DNA of 64,000 nt from Candidatus Binataceae bacterium (GTDB lineage: Bacteria > Desulfobacterota > Binatia > Binatales > Binataceae): the NCBI GenBank assembly GCA_041491005.1, contig JBGPUE010000010.1, positions 178-64,177 on the forward strand, read 5' to 3'. Below the pieces are notes generated by a model that did not search any database, was not told the origin of the DNA, and worked only from the letters and a program-made list of their open reading frames with translations. Positions 43,387-53,358 of the stretch are shown one piece after another (position 1 is the stretch's first letter; the number at the start of each line of letters is the position of its first letter). The translations under genes and the position numbers were made by a program.

Positions 43387-44988
43387 GTGGCGCTGTCCGT
43401 CTATGTCCCTTGTGATTCGGGCGCCCGCTCTTTGGGGGCGGACACGGTTGCACGCACTATCCGCGAGGAGGCATCACGCCGTGGCGTTGCGCTCGAAGTC
43501 GTGCGCACGGGCTCGCGCGGACTTTATTTTGCCGAACCCCTGGTCGAGGTCGCGACCGCGGCTGGCTGCGTCGCGTATGGGCCGGTATCGGCCGCTGACG
43601 TTGCATCGCTATTCGAAAGTGATTTCCTCGCGGGCGGCGAGCATCGTCTCCGGCTCGGCCTAGCCGACGATATCCCTTATCTCAGATCCCAACAGCGGCT
43701 CACGTTCGCACGCGCCGGAATTGTCGATCCGGCCTCTCTCGATGATTACTTGGCGCATGGCGGTTACAGCGCGCTCCGAATGGCTCTGGAAAGGACGCAG
43801 TCCGCCGTTATCGATGAGATTGCAGCGTCGGGGTTGAGGGGCCGCGGCGGCGCCGGATTCCCCACCGGCATCAAATGGCGAACCGTTCTCGAGACCGCTG
43901 CGGATACGAAATACGTTGTATGCAACGGCGACGAGGGCGACTCGGGCACTTTTTCGGATCGCATGATCATGGAGGGCGATCCGTTTGCGCTACTCGAAGG
44001 CATGACGATCGCGGCATTCGCCGTCGGCGCGACGCAGGGCTTCATCTATGTCCGCTCCGAATACCCGGATTCATATCGCCAGCTTGGCCAGACACTACAG
44101 ACCGCTCGCAAACACGGCTGCTTGGGCGACAAGATCCTTGGTTCGAGCCTGCGCTTCGACGTCGAACTCAGGCTCGGCGCCGGCGCTTACATCTGCGGCG
44201 AGGAGACCGCGATGCTCGAAAGCATTGAAGGCAAGCGCGGGATGGTGCGCGCAAAGCCGCCGGTGCCGGCAATCAGCGGGCTCTTCGCCAAGCCGACGGT
44301 GGTCAACAATGTCATCACGTTTGCGTCTGTCCCGGTTATCATTGCGAATGGAGCGCAGTCTTATCACCAGCGCGGCACGGGCCGCTCGCGGGGGACCTTG
44401 CCCTTTCAGCTCGCCGGCAACGTCAAGCGCCCGGGGTTGGTTGAACTGCCGTTCGGCGTCACCATCCGCGAACTCGTCTTCGACTACGGGGGTGGCACCG
44501 CAAGCGGCCGTCCAGTTGGAGCCGTGCAAGTCGGTGGCCCACTGGGTGCGTACTTCCCGCTCAAGATGTTCGACACGCCGCTGGATTACGAGGCGATGGA
44601 CGCGGCCGGGGGAATCCTCGGCCACGGTGGCATCGTAGTCTTCGACGACTCGGTAGATATGGCGCGAATGGCGCGATACGCGATGGAATTTTGTGCGCTG
44701 GAGTCATGCGGGAAGTGCACGCCATGCCGGATCGGCTCGGTGCGCGGGACGGAGGTGATCGATCGCATCGTGAACCGCCACAATCCGCGCGCGAACCTCG
44801 AGTTGCTGCGCGACCTCTGCGATACGATGATGCACGGCTCGCTGTGCGGTCTGGGCGGCCTCACTCCGCTTCCAGTGATGAGCGCGCTCAGATACTTTCC
44901 TGAGGACTTCGGCCTCGAGCCCGCTAACATCGAGGAAGTCTGGCCGAACCCCACACGACAGGCGGACGACGATGCTGTCAAAGGCTGA
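43387..44988 (+). CDS. fdsB: NAD-dependent formate dehydrogenase beta subunit (NuoF-like, FMN/NAD, 4Fe-4S)
   Basis: In-frame GTG at 43387, 2 nt after the fdsG stop, giving VALSVYVPCDSGARSLGAD. It has GRGGAGFPTG and ESCGKCTPCR. The listed ORF start at 43168 overlaps fdsG and is rejected. Confidence 0.9.
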   Translation: MALSVYVPCDSGARSLGADTVARTIREEASRRGVALEVVRTGSRGLYFAEPLVEVATAAGCVAYGPVSAADVASLFESDFLAGGEHRLRLGLADDIPYLRSQQRLTFARAGIVDPASLDDYLAHGGYSALRMALERTQSAVIDEIAASGLRGRGGAGFPTGIKWRTVLETAADTKYVVCNGDEGDSGTFSDRMIMEGDPFALLEGMTIAAFAVGATQGFIYVRSEYPDSYRQLGQTLQTARKHGCLGDKILGSSLRFDVELRLGAGAYICGEETAMLESIEGKRGMVRAKPPVPAISGLFAKPTVVNNVITFASVPVIIANGAQSYHQRGTGRSRGTLPFQLAGNVKRPGLVELPFGVTIRELVFDYGGGTASGRPVGAVQVGGPLGAYFPLKMFDTPLDYEAMDAAGGILGHGGIVVFDDSVDMARMARYAMEFCALESCGKCTPCRIGSVRGTEVIDRIVNRHNPRANLELLRDLCDTMMHGSLCGLGGLTPLPVMSALRYFPEDFGLEPANIEEVWPNPTRQADDDAVKG

Positions 44989-47758
44989 ACGAGACTACGG
45001 AACGCCCGCGGTCGCCACCACAGCAGCGCTCGTGGAGCTGCAAATTGACGGGATCCGCGTCGGCGTGCCACAGGGTACCTCGCTGATGCGCGCCGCCGCC
45101 GAGGCCGGCATCCATATTCCGAAGCTCTGCGCGACCGACTCGCTCGAGGCCTTCGGCTCGTGCCGGCTGTGCCTGGTTGAGATCGACGGCAAGCGCGGCT
45201 ACCCCGCCTCGTGCACTACACGCGTCGAATCGGGGATGCGGGTGCGCACCGAAACGCCGAGGCTCGCGGCGCTGCGGCGAAACGTGATGGAACTCTACGT
45301 CTCGGATCATCCGCTTGATTGCCTGACATGCCCGGCCAACGGCAATTGCGAACTGCAGAACATGGCGGGCGTCGTGGGGTTGCGCGAGGTCCGCTACGGC
45401 TACGACGGTGCGAACCATCTCGACTCCGCAAAGGACCGCTCGAATACCTACTTCACGTTCGATCCGGCCCGATGCATTGTGTGCTCGCGATGCGTGCGCG
45501 CATGCGAAGAGATACAGGGCACTTTCGCTCTGACTATTGACGGCCGGGGATTCCAGTCAGTCATTTCGCCGGGACAGAAGGGTCCGTTCGCCGAGTCTGA
45601 ATGCGTAACTTGCGGTGCATGCGTTTCTGCATGCCCGACCGCGGCGCTCACCGAAAAGTCGATCATTGAGCATGGACAGCCCGAGCGCGACGTAGTCACG
45701 ACCTGTGGCTACTGCGGGGTTGGATGCACGTTCAGAGTCGAGCTCAAAGGCGACACGATTGTAAGGCTGGCTCCGGAGCGCGATGGCCGCGCGAATCACG
45801 GGCACGCGTGCGTCAAGGGCCGTTTCGCGTGGGGCTTTGCCACTCATCCCGACCGCGTGAAGCGACCCCTGATTAGAGAGCGGATCGAGCAGCCGTGGCG
45901 CGAGGTGTCGTGGGAGGAAGCGATCGCTTTCGCGGCCGCGGGGTTCAAGCGCGTCCGGCAGCGCTATGGTCGTGGCGCGCTGGGCGGCATCACGTCGTCG
46001 CGATGCACGAACGAAGAAACCTACCTGGTGCAGAAGCTGGTGCGCGCGGCATTCGGCAATAACAACGTCGATACCTGCGCCCGCGTCTGCCACGCACCGT
46101 CGGGCTACGGGCTCAAGGTCGCCTTCGGCACTGGAGCCGCAACGCAGGACTTCGATTCCGTCCTGGATGCCGATGTCATCATGATAATCGGCGCCAATGT
46201 GACCGAAGCCCATCCGGTATTCGCCTCGCAGATCAAGCGGCGTGTCCGCGAGGGCGTGAAACTCATTGTGGTCGATCCGCGCGCTGTGGAAATCGCGCGG
46301 CTGCCGCACGTCGAGGCCAGCTATCACCTGCGGCTCCATCCCGGTACCAACGTTGCGCTGGTCAACGCATTCGCACATGTCATCATCGTTGAGGGGCTGG
46401 CTCGGGAGGATTTCGTCACTGAGCGATGCGAGCCCGGCGAGTATGCCGCGTGGAAGAAGTTCATTGCGGAAGAGCGCAACTCGCCCGAGGCCGTGGAGCA
46501 CATCACGGGCGTGCCGGCTCAGCAGATTCGCGCCGCCGCACGCCTGTACGCAAACGCACGTAACGGCGCGATCTACTACGGGCTGGGCGTTACGGAGCAC
46601 AGCCAGGGCAGCACGATGGTCCTGGCGATGGCTAACTTGGTGATGGTGACCGGGAACATCGGGAGGCCGGGTGTCGGACTGAATCCACTGCGTGGCCAGA
46701 ACAACGTCCAGGGTGCGTGCGACATGGGCTCATTTCCACACGAGCTGACCGGCAACCGGCCAATCTCGGATCCGATCGTGCGGGCCGAATTCGAGCAGGC
46801 CTGGTCGGCAAAGCTTGATCCGGCGCCCGGCTTCCGGATGCCGAACATGTGGGATGCCGCGCTCGCTGGCAGTTTCAAGGCGGTCTACATCGAAGGCGAG
46901 GATGTCGCCCAGTCGGAACCGAACCTCGATCACGTCGCTCAGGCCCTCCGCGCCATGGAGTTGGTTGTCGTCCAGGATCTCTTCCTCAATGAGACCTCGA
47001 AATTCGCGCACGTATTCCTGCCGGGTGCCTCCTTCCTCGAAAAGGACGGCACCTTCACGAACTCGGAACGCCGCATCTCGCGGATCAGGAAGGTCATGGC
47101 TCCACTCTCCGGCAAACCCGACTGGGAAATTACCTGCAATCTTGCTACCGCGCTCGGCTATCCGATGCACTACTCACACCCGTCGGAGATCATGGACGAG
47201 ATCGCCCGCCTCACGCCGACCTTTCGCGGCGTCAGCTTCGAGAAACTCGACCGGCTCGGCGGCATCCAGTGGCCATGCAACGATGCGGCGCCTGCGGGCA
47301 CGCCGGTCATGCACGTTGGTCAGTTCGTTCGTGGCAAAGGCCAATTCACGATCACCGAGTATGTGCCGACTCCGGAGAAGACCAGCGCGGCCTTTCCGCT
47401 CATCCTTACGACCGGACGAATACTCAACCAATACAACGTCGGGACGCAGACGCGGCGAACGCCGAACATGGAAATGCATACTGAGGATCGTCTCGAAATC
47501 CATCCGCATGATGCTGATCAGCGCGGGATTCGCGATGCCGACTGGGTCGAGGTCAGAAGCAGACAGGGTTCGACCCAGCTTCGCGCGCAACTATCCGGTC
47601 GCGTCCAGCCCGGTCTGGTCTATACGACGTTTCACCATCCGGAGTCGCATACAAATGCGCTCACCACCGACAACTCCGACTGGGCGACAAACTGTCCCGA
47701 GTTCAAGGTGACCGCCGTCGAAGTGGCGCCAGTCGTCGTCGCCCAGAGGAAGCAATGA
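44972..47758 (+). CDS. fdsA: NAD-dependent formate dehydrogenase alpha subunit (molybdopterin, Cys type)
   Basis: 928-aa ORF with a 2Fe-2S motif (CRLCLVEIDG), ferredoxin-type clusters (CIVCSRCVRACEE, CVTCGACVSACPT), the MopB cluster TTCGYCGVGC, and ARVCHAPSG carrying the Mo-ligand Cys (no in-frame TGA). Confidence 0.9.
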   Translation: MLSKAERDYGTPAVATTAALVELQIDGIRVGVPQGTSLMRAAAEAGIHIPKLCATDSLEAFGSCRLCLVEIDGKRGYPASCTTRVESGMRVRTETPRLAALRRNVMELYVSDHPLDCLTCPANGNCELQNMAGVVGLREVRYGYDGANHLDSAKDRSNTYFTFDPARCIVCSRCVRACEEIQGTFALTIDGRGFQSVISPGQKGPFAESECVTCGACVSACPTAALTEKSIIEHGQPERDVVTTCGYCGVGCTFRVELKGDTIVRLAPERDGRANHGHACVKGRFAWGFATHPDRVKRPLIRERIEQPWREVSWEEAIAFAAAGFKRVRQRYGRGALGGITSSRCTNEETYLVQKLVRAAFGNNNVDTCARVCHAPSGYGLKVAFGTGAATQDFDSVLDADVIMIIGANVTEAHPVFASQIKRRVREGVKLIVVDPRAVEIARLPHVEASYHLRLHPGTNVALVNAFAHVIIVEGLAREDFVTERCEPGEYAAWKKFIAEERNSPEAVEHITGVPAQQIRAAARLYANARNGAIYYGLGVTEHSQGSTMVLAMANLVMVTGNIGRPGVGLNPLRGQNNVQGACDMGSFPHELTGNRPISDPIVRAEFEQAWSAKLDPAPGFRMPNMWDAALAGSFKAVYIEGEDVAQSEPNLDHVAQALRAMELVVVQDLFLNETSKFAHVFLPGASFLEKDGTFTNSERRISRIRKVMAPLSGKPDWEITCNLATALGYPMHYSHPSEIMDEIARLTPTFRGVSFEKLDRLGGIQWPCNDAAPAGTPVMHVGQFVRGKGQFTITEYVPTPEKTSAAFPLILTTGRILNQYNVGTQTRRTPNMEMHTEDRLEIHPHDADQRGIRDADWVEVRSRQGSTQLRAQLSGRVQPGLVYTTFHHPESHTNALTTDNSDWATNCPEFKVTAVEVAPVVVAQRKQ

Positions 47759-47858
47759 GTATTCGGACCATCGAGCGTGAACGCTGACCCGACGAGCTTG
47801 CGCCGCGACGGCGGGCGTCACCACGCAAGCCCAAGCCTTGTCGCATCGGAGGCCGGCC

Positions 47859-48332
47859 TCAGTCGCTCCGCTTGGTTTCCTTGTTCGCCCAGCCGGTTTC
47901 ATATGGTGCCGACATTCGACCGATCGCGCGCAGGTGCTTGAACTTCCACTCGCCGTTGACTTTCACGTAGTCCTCTTCGTATCGCGCGGCGAGCCACATC
48001 GCGCGGTTGCCTTTGCGAAAAGTGAATGGCCCCAGGAAGTACCAGGTGCCTTTTGCCTGGTTGCCGTCGACCTCGATGATCGGGTTCATCACGTTATGCT
48101 GCGAAAAGCTGATCCTCTTTTGAAACCCAAGGAACAGGGCGCGAATCGCCTCGTGCCCCTGATGGCGCCCGATTTCTTCGCCTTCCCAGATACCGTCGGC
48201 GGCAAACAGCTTGGTAATCTCGTCAGGATTGTGATCATTGTCGCATACGGCGCAGTACCGCGCCTTCAGCTTCCTGATAGCTTCGATGTCTTCGATAATC
48301 GTAGTGCGTTTCTCGAGTTCTTCTGTAGTCAT
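47859..48332 (-). CDS. SnoaL-like / NTF2-fold protein
   Basis: 157-aa ORF with EDIEAIRKLKARYCAVCDNDHNPDEITKLFAADGIWEG. It is a paralogue of the ORF at 24184-24636. Confidence 0.75.
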   Translation of the reverse strand: MTTEELEKRTTIIEDIEAIRKLKARYCAVCDNDHNPDEITKLFAADGIWEGEEIGRHQGHEAIRALFLGFQKRISFSQHNVMNPIIEVDGNQAKGTWYFLGPFTFRKGNRAMWLAARYEEDYVKVNGEWKFKHLRAIGRMSAPYETGWANKETKRSD

Positions 48333-48342
48333 CGTTGTCTCC

Positions 48343-48660
48343 TTATGCCTGATTGAATATGCGTGCGTAAGTCTTCTGAGTGGCTGCCGCTTGTTCCTGA
48401 GCTTTGCGGCGTTCCTCCGGCGTTGCCATCTCGCCGATCATCTTCCGCTCCAGCGCGATGCCCTCTTTCAACGAAAGCTCCACGCCGCGGTTCATAAGCC
48501 GCTTCACAGTTTTCAGCGCATAAGCCGCCCGCTCGATATAAACGCGCGCCATCTCTTCGCATGTCCCGATCAGCTCGCCCGGGGGCACTACTCGATTCAC
48601 GAGGCCCACGCGAAATGCTTCCTGTGACGTCCACGGAAGACCGCTGCATTCCGGCCTGAC
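48343..48660 (-). pseudogene. 3' fragment of an enoyl-CoA hydratase/isomerase (crotonase) gene
   Basis: Only the C-terminal ~100 aa of a crotonase are readable (LPWTSQEAFRVGLVNRVVPPGELIGTCEEMARVYIERAAYALKTVKRLMNRG...). The upstream part of the listed ORF (SNGGSGLRPSPSPARARAAS...) is an out-of-frame reading of the neighbouring ATPase remnant. No N-terminal oxyanion-hole region exists. Confidence 0.6.
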
Positions 48661-49515
48661 CATGAGCGCCACCGGATAGGTCGAAGAAAAAGGGTGCTTG
48701 CGCCATCTTGTTGCAGCCCAAGATGCTGACGCCGCGCGCGCTCTCGCTGGGGATGGACTTGGCCGTAAACCCGAACCACCATTTGACACTGCCTACCCCA
48801 AGCACATTTTCCCATCCATCATTCTCTCCTTGGAAGCGAAATTGCCGGGTTGGGCTGTACACCGCGATTGGGTTGCCATTGATTTCGACCTCAAAGCTCT
48901 TCCCGAGGATGGAGAAGCGTCGCGACATGGACTGACGGAAATCATCTTCGTCGATTGAGCGGGCGATCTGCAGGTCTCTCAACAGTACGACCGTTCCATT
49001 AGCATCCTTTGTCTTGGCATCTTCCAAGATCGTTGGCTCATAGTTCTCCACCAGATTGCCTGCCCGCCCTTCGTTATCTTCTCGAAGTCCATCTGGAAAT
49101 GCGTGGCCCACCGGGAACACACCGTCCGCACCTCCACGACCTGAGCGATGCCGAAACCAGCGCGCTTGCCCAAGCCTTTCCGGCCCATCACGACCCGGTT
49201 GCCCGGCGTCTTCTCCCCTTCAGCTTTTCGGCGGTCGCGGCCCACGACGAGATATGCCTGCTGCACCTCGTCCCAAGTCATACCGCGGCCGTTGTCGGCC
49301 ACGATGATCCGCTGGTCCTTCATGCCCACGCCGAAAGGAACGGTCACTGTGACCTTGGTGGCGTCAGCGTCCCAAGAGTTTGATATCAGCTCGGCAAGAG
49401 CCGGTACCGCGCCCCTATACATGGACAGACCAAGGTGCTTCACCAAGCCACCCGCGTACTGCATCTGCAGGCGACGCGGGCGTTTCAGAACAATGGCCGT
49501 CTTGCTTGAAGGCAT
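48661..49515 (-). pseudogene. GHKL (HATPase_c_3-type) ATPase remnant: one frameshift, 3'-truncated
   Basis: From the Met at 49515: N box ALAELISNSWDADAT, G1 VADNGRGMTWDEV, G2 GRKGLGKRAGFG. The reading frame changes by 1 nt near 49060-49075 (..FQMDFEKITKGGQ / GNLVENYEPTILEDAKTKDANGTVVLLRDL..) and continues to ..ARGVSILGCNKMAQAPFFFDLSGGAHGQAGMQ. Homology stops at about 48660, where the crotonase fragment begins in another frame. Confidence 0.6.
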
Positions 49516-49763
49516 CTGAAGATAGTAACGCGGTCGTGTCAGCACGTCGACGAATGTCGATGTTTGCAAACGGTTTTGGCGCCAGCAGGATTGGAATCTT
49601 GCCGACCGGCAAACGTACAACTGAAGGTCTGGTGAGATGGCCGATTTTGTGACCGGCGAGAGCATGGTCATCTTGTGCCAGTTGCGATAAGGAATAGGGC
49701 AGGATCAACCATTAGACTGCGCGTCGATGCGGCCCTATGCGGCGCACGACAACGGAGGTCGCG

Positions 49764-51470
49764 ATGTACGATCTGATCATTCGCAATGGCACCGTCATAG
49801 ATGGCACCGGCATGCCGCGCTTTCGGGCCGATGTCGGCATCGCCCAACGCAAGGTCGTGGCGATCGGGAGAATCCGCGAGAGTGCCCGGGAGACGATCGA
49901 TGCAGAAGGCCATATTGTGGCTCCGGGCTTCGTCGACGCACACACCCATATGGACGCGCAGGTCTTCTGGGATGCGCTCGGCACCTGCTCATGCTGGCAT
50001 GGCGTCACCTCGGTGGTGATGGGCAATTGCGGCTTCTCGCTGGCGCCATGCGCAGAGAAGGACAAGCTTTTGGTGATGCGAAATCTCGAACGGGCCGAGG
50101 ACATCGCTCGCGAAGCGATGGAGGCGGGCATCAAGTGGTCGTGGACCACCTTCCCGCAGTACCTCGATGCCGTCGACGGATTGCCCAAAGGCATCAACTA
50201 CGCGGCCTACATAGGCCATTCCGCCCTGCGCACCTATGTGATGGGCGAACGTGCGTTCAATGAGACCGCGACCACCGAAGACCTGGCGCTGATGAAGCAT
50301 GAGCTGCGCAGCGCGATTCGCGCCGGCGCGATCGGCTTCACCACTTCGCGGACCAGCAACCATCAGACGCCGGATGGGCATCCCGTCGCCAGCCGCATCG
50401 CCAACTGGGATGAAGTCAGGCAACTGGTGGGCGAGATGGGCGATCTGAACGCGGGCATCTTTGAAATCGCCGGCGAAGATACCGGTGCCGAGGGCGAACG
50501 TCTGGACAACTACCTCGCCCGCCTCAAGGCGCTGGCGGTCGACACCGGCGTTCCCGTGACTTATGGCATGTTCAGCTCGCGCCGCGCCCCGGGCTATTGG
50601 CGGCGTTACTTTGCGATGGCGGATGAAGCCGAGGCTGCTGGTGGACGGATGTTTGTCCAGGTGCACAGCCGGGCGCTCAACCTGCTGCTCTCCTTCGAAA
50701 CATACATGCCCTTCGACCGGCTGCCGGCCTGGCGCGAAATTCGCAAATTGCCGCTGGCCGAACAGGAAGCCGCGCTACGCAATCCCGAAGTGCGGCGCAA
50801 GCTGGTTGAGGCATCCCACGAACGGTCCCCATCGAGCCAGCATGAGGTTGGCGCGGAGGCGCGGCCAGCGAACTACAACTGGATTTTCCCGCTCGACAAG
50901 CCAACTCCGCCTTATCGTTCGATCGCTCAGATCGCCGATGAACTGAAGAAGGATCCGGTTGACGTAGTCATCGATCTGGCCCTGGACAAGCACCTGAAGC
51001 AGTTCTTCCTGCAGACTCTGGTCAACGAAAACCAGGACGACGTGCTCGAGATGATGCGCCATCCGCGCTCAGTGGTCACCTTCTCGGATTCTGGCGCACA
51101 CGTCTCGCAGATCATGGATTCGTCGCTGCAGACGCACGTGCTGAGCCATTGGGTGCGCGAACGACAAGCGCTGACGTTGGAAGACGCGGTCCGGATGCTG
51201 AGTTTCGTCCCGGCGTATCGCTGGGGTCTCACCGGACGCGGGATGCTGCGCGAAGGCAGCTTTGCCGACGTCATCGTGTTCGATCCTGAAACGATAACGC
51301 CGAAACTTCCCGAACTGGTTTACGACCTGCCGGCCGGTGCGCGGCGCCTCAAGCAGAAGTCAACGGGCCTGCTCGCCACAGTCGTGAACGGCGAGGTCGT
51401 GCTGCGCAATAACGAACATACCGGTGCGCTTCCTGGCCAGCTATTGCGCGGCCCCCTGGCCGGAAACTGA
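49764..51470 (+). CDS. N-acyl-D-amino-acid deacylase (D-aminoacylase) family amidohydrolase
   Basis: MYDLIIRNGTVIDGTGMPRFRADVGI...GHIVAPGFVDAHTHMD and C-terminal FADVIVFDPETI. Met at 49764 chosen (the listed ORF starts 9 codons earlier). Confidence 0.85.
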   Translation: MYDLIIRNGTVIDGTGMPRFRADVGIAQRKVVAIGRIRESARETIDAEGHIVAPGFVDAHTHMDAQVFWDALGTCSCWHGVTSVVMGNCGFSLAPCAEKDKLLVMRNLERAEDIAREAMEAGIKWSWTTFPQYLDAVDGLPKGINYAAYIGHSALRTYVMGERAFNETATTEDLALMKHELRSAIRAGAIGFTTSRTSNHQTPDGHPVASRIANWDEVRQLVGEMGDLNAGIFEIAGEDTGAEGERLDNYLARLKALAVDTGVPVTYGMFSSRRAPGYWRRYFAMADEAEAAGGRMFVQVHSRALNLLLSFETYMPFDRLPAWREIRKLPLAEQEAALRNPEVRRKLVEASHERSPSSQHEVGAEARPANYNWIFPLDKPTPPYRSIAQIADELKKDPVDVVIDLALDKHLKQFFLQTLVNENQDDVLEMMRHPRSVVTFSDSGAHVSQIMDSSLQTHVLSHWVRERQALTLEDAVRMLSFVPAYRWGLTGRGMLREGSFADVIVFDPETITPKLPELVYDLPAGARRLKQKSTGLLATVVNGEVVLRNNEHTGALPGQLLRGPLAGN

Positions 51471-51513
51471 TTTGGAGATCGCCAACCATCGATAGAACGG
51501 AGGCGAACCCGCG

Positions 51514-52668
51514 ATGGCATCGACAGCAATCAAGGTAATCTCCGCCGATTCGCACATGATGGAGCCAGCGGATCTGTGGACGCAGCGGCTTGATCAGAAG
51601 TTCAGAGACCGCTCGCCGCGTGTCATCAAGACCGAAGACAAGGGGCAGTTCGTTTTCGTCGCGCCCGATATTCCTCCCTTTCCGGTCGCCGGAGGATTTG
51701 CGGCTGGCCGTAGCGGCCAGGAGCTGAAGGAATTCATGAAGCGGGCGAACACCGACGAGGGCTACAAGGCGGCGCGCCCCAGCGGCTGGGATCCTGTCGA
51801 GCGCATCAAGGACCAAGACATCGATGGCGTCCAGGCCGAGGTGCTTTATACGACACTCGGCATGCCGCTCTTCGGCCTTCATGATGTCGAGCTGCAGCAA
51901 GCCTGCTTCCGGGTCTATAACGATTGGGTTGCCGAGTTCGCATCGCACGATCCTCGCCGTTTCCATGCGATCGCGCTGATCTCGCTGGAGGATGTCGGCG
52001 AAGGCGCAAAGGAGCTCGAGCGCGCCGCCAAGCTGGGGCTCAAGGGCGCGATGATTTGGGGATCGCCACCCAAAGAGAAACCTTACTGGCAGAAGTCTTA
52101 CGATCCGTTCTGGCAGGTAGCCCAGGACCTCGAGATGCCGCTATCGCTCCATGTCATCACCGGCAAGAAGCCGCCCAAGTCCAAGGAAGAGCAGGAAAAG
52201 ATCCGTTCGCGAGAGCCGTCGTTCATCCGCGGCTACATGAACATCCTGCACGAGGTGCAGCGCTCGCTTACCGACATCATCTGCGGGGGAGTGCTGATGC
52301 GCTTTCCGCGTCTGAGGATCGTTTCGGCGGAAAACGACAGCGGCTGGATTGCTCACTACATGTATCGGTTGGACCACGCCTTCGAGAAGTTCGGCGCGAT
52401 GATGCAAGAGCCGCTGGACATGAAGCCCAGTGACTACCTCCGCCGCAATGTCTGGGCGACCTTCCAGGACGACCCGATCGGGCCGATGTTGTTCAGGTTC
52501 TTCGGCGAAGACAATTTCATGTGGGCTTCGGACTTCCCGCATACCGATTCGACCTGGCCGAATTCGCTGCAGGTCATCGCGCGGGATTTCGAGCAAGTGC
52601 CACCGGCAGTTCGACAGAAGATCATTTGCGGGAACGCGGCCAAGCTCTATCGAGTCGATCTGAACTAG
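51514..52668 (+). CDS. Amidohydrolase-2 family protein (ACMSD-like hydrolase/decarboxylase fold)
   Basis: 384-aa ORF with VISADSHMMEP, LSLHV and C-terminal WASDFPHTDSTWP. Confidence 0.85.
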   Translation: MASTAIKVISADSHMMEPADLWTQRLDQKFRDRSPRVIKTEDKGQFVFVAPDIPPFPVAGGFAAGRSGQELKEFMKRANTDEGYKAARPSGWDPVERIKDQDIDGVQAEVLYTTLGMPLFGLHDVELQQACFRVYNDWVAEFASHDPRRFHAIALISLEDVGEGAKELERAAKLGLKGAMIWGSPPKEKPYWQKSYDPFWQVAQDLEMPLSLHVITGKKPPKSKEEQEKIRSREPSFIRGYMNILHEVQRSLTDIICGGVLMRFPRLRIVSAENDSGWIAHYMYRLDHAFEKFGAMMQEPLDMKPSDYLRRNVWATFQDDPIGPMLFRFFGEDNFMWASDFPHTDSTWPNSLQVIARDFEQVPPAVRQKIICGNAAKLYRVDLN

Positions 52669-52701
52669 AGATGCTGGCGAGCTCGCCGGAGAGGATTGCC
52701 T

Positions 52702-53145
52702 ATGGTAGTTCGAGAGCTGGGGCATATTGTCCTCTACGTGAGAGACATCGAGCGGTCCCGGCACTTCTATCGCGACCTGCTCGGCTGGAAGGAAGTAGTG
52801 GGCGGGCGAGCGGCGGCGGCTTTTTCCTCCGGCCGGACGCATCACGAGTTGCTGCTCATCCAGGTGGGAGCGGAGGCCGCGGCGATTCCTCACAAACCGC
52901 GCGTGGGCCTGTATCACTTCGGGCTCAAGGTCGGAGATAGCGACGACGAGTTGCGCCAGACCATTGAGCAGTTGCGCGCGGCGGACGTGCAGATAGACGG
53001 GATGTCAGATCACGGAGTCAGCCACAGCATCTACATTCGAGACCCGGACGGAAACGAAGTGGAGCTGTATATCGACGTTCAGCCCGAGGTTTGGCGCGAT
53101 CAGCCGGTCGCAAATTTGATGACCACCCGTCCGCTGCGCATCTGA
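52702..53145 (+). CDS. VOC-family protein (glyoxalase / extradiol dioxygenase fold)
   Basis: VRELGHIVLYVRDIERSRHFYRDLLGW, GLYHFGLKV and HSIYIRDPDGNEVELY. ATG at 52702 follows GGAGAGGA (the listed TTG at 52696 is less likely). Confidence 0.85.
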   Translation: MVVRELGHIVLYVRDIERSRHFYRDLLGWKEVVGGRAAAAFSSGRTHHELLLIQVGAEAAAIPHKPRVGLYHFGLKVGDSDDELRQTIEQLRAADVQIDGMSDHGVSHSIYIRDPDGNEVELYIDVQPEVWRDQPVANLMTTRPLRI

Positions 53146-53358
53146 ACTACTCAGTAGCTCGATAACCTGCCCCTAAGCCACGGGATGGAGGTGTTCGGCG
53201 TTCATCTCCGCGCATGCAAGCACCGTTATCCGCGCTCGCACTAGATGCTGTCGGCATTCCCGACGACGGTCTTCAGCGCGGGTAGCATCTCTGATGGCTT
53301 CTCGGCCATAATCCGAAGCCCGTGCTCGCGAGTTGATCTGACAGGAGCGAAAGTCGCC

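Noticed and set aside
41341-46600. Long minus-strand ORFs opposite ldt/mepK/fds genes (41341-42432 at 363 aa, 42518-43453 at 311 aa, 45557-46600 at 347 aa).
   Set aside because: Same reasoning: the opposite strand carries genes with clear motifs, and these frames have no recognisable domains and a biased Arg/Ala/Pro composition.
47755-47787. A 10-codon ORF (MSIRTIERER) overlapping the fdsA stop, considered as a truncated fdsD.
   Set aside because: No resemblance to FdsD that I can recognise, it is too short, and the downstream frames give no continuation.
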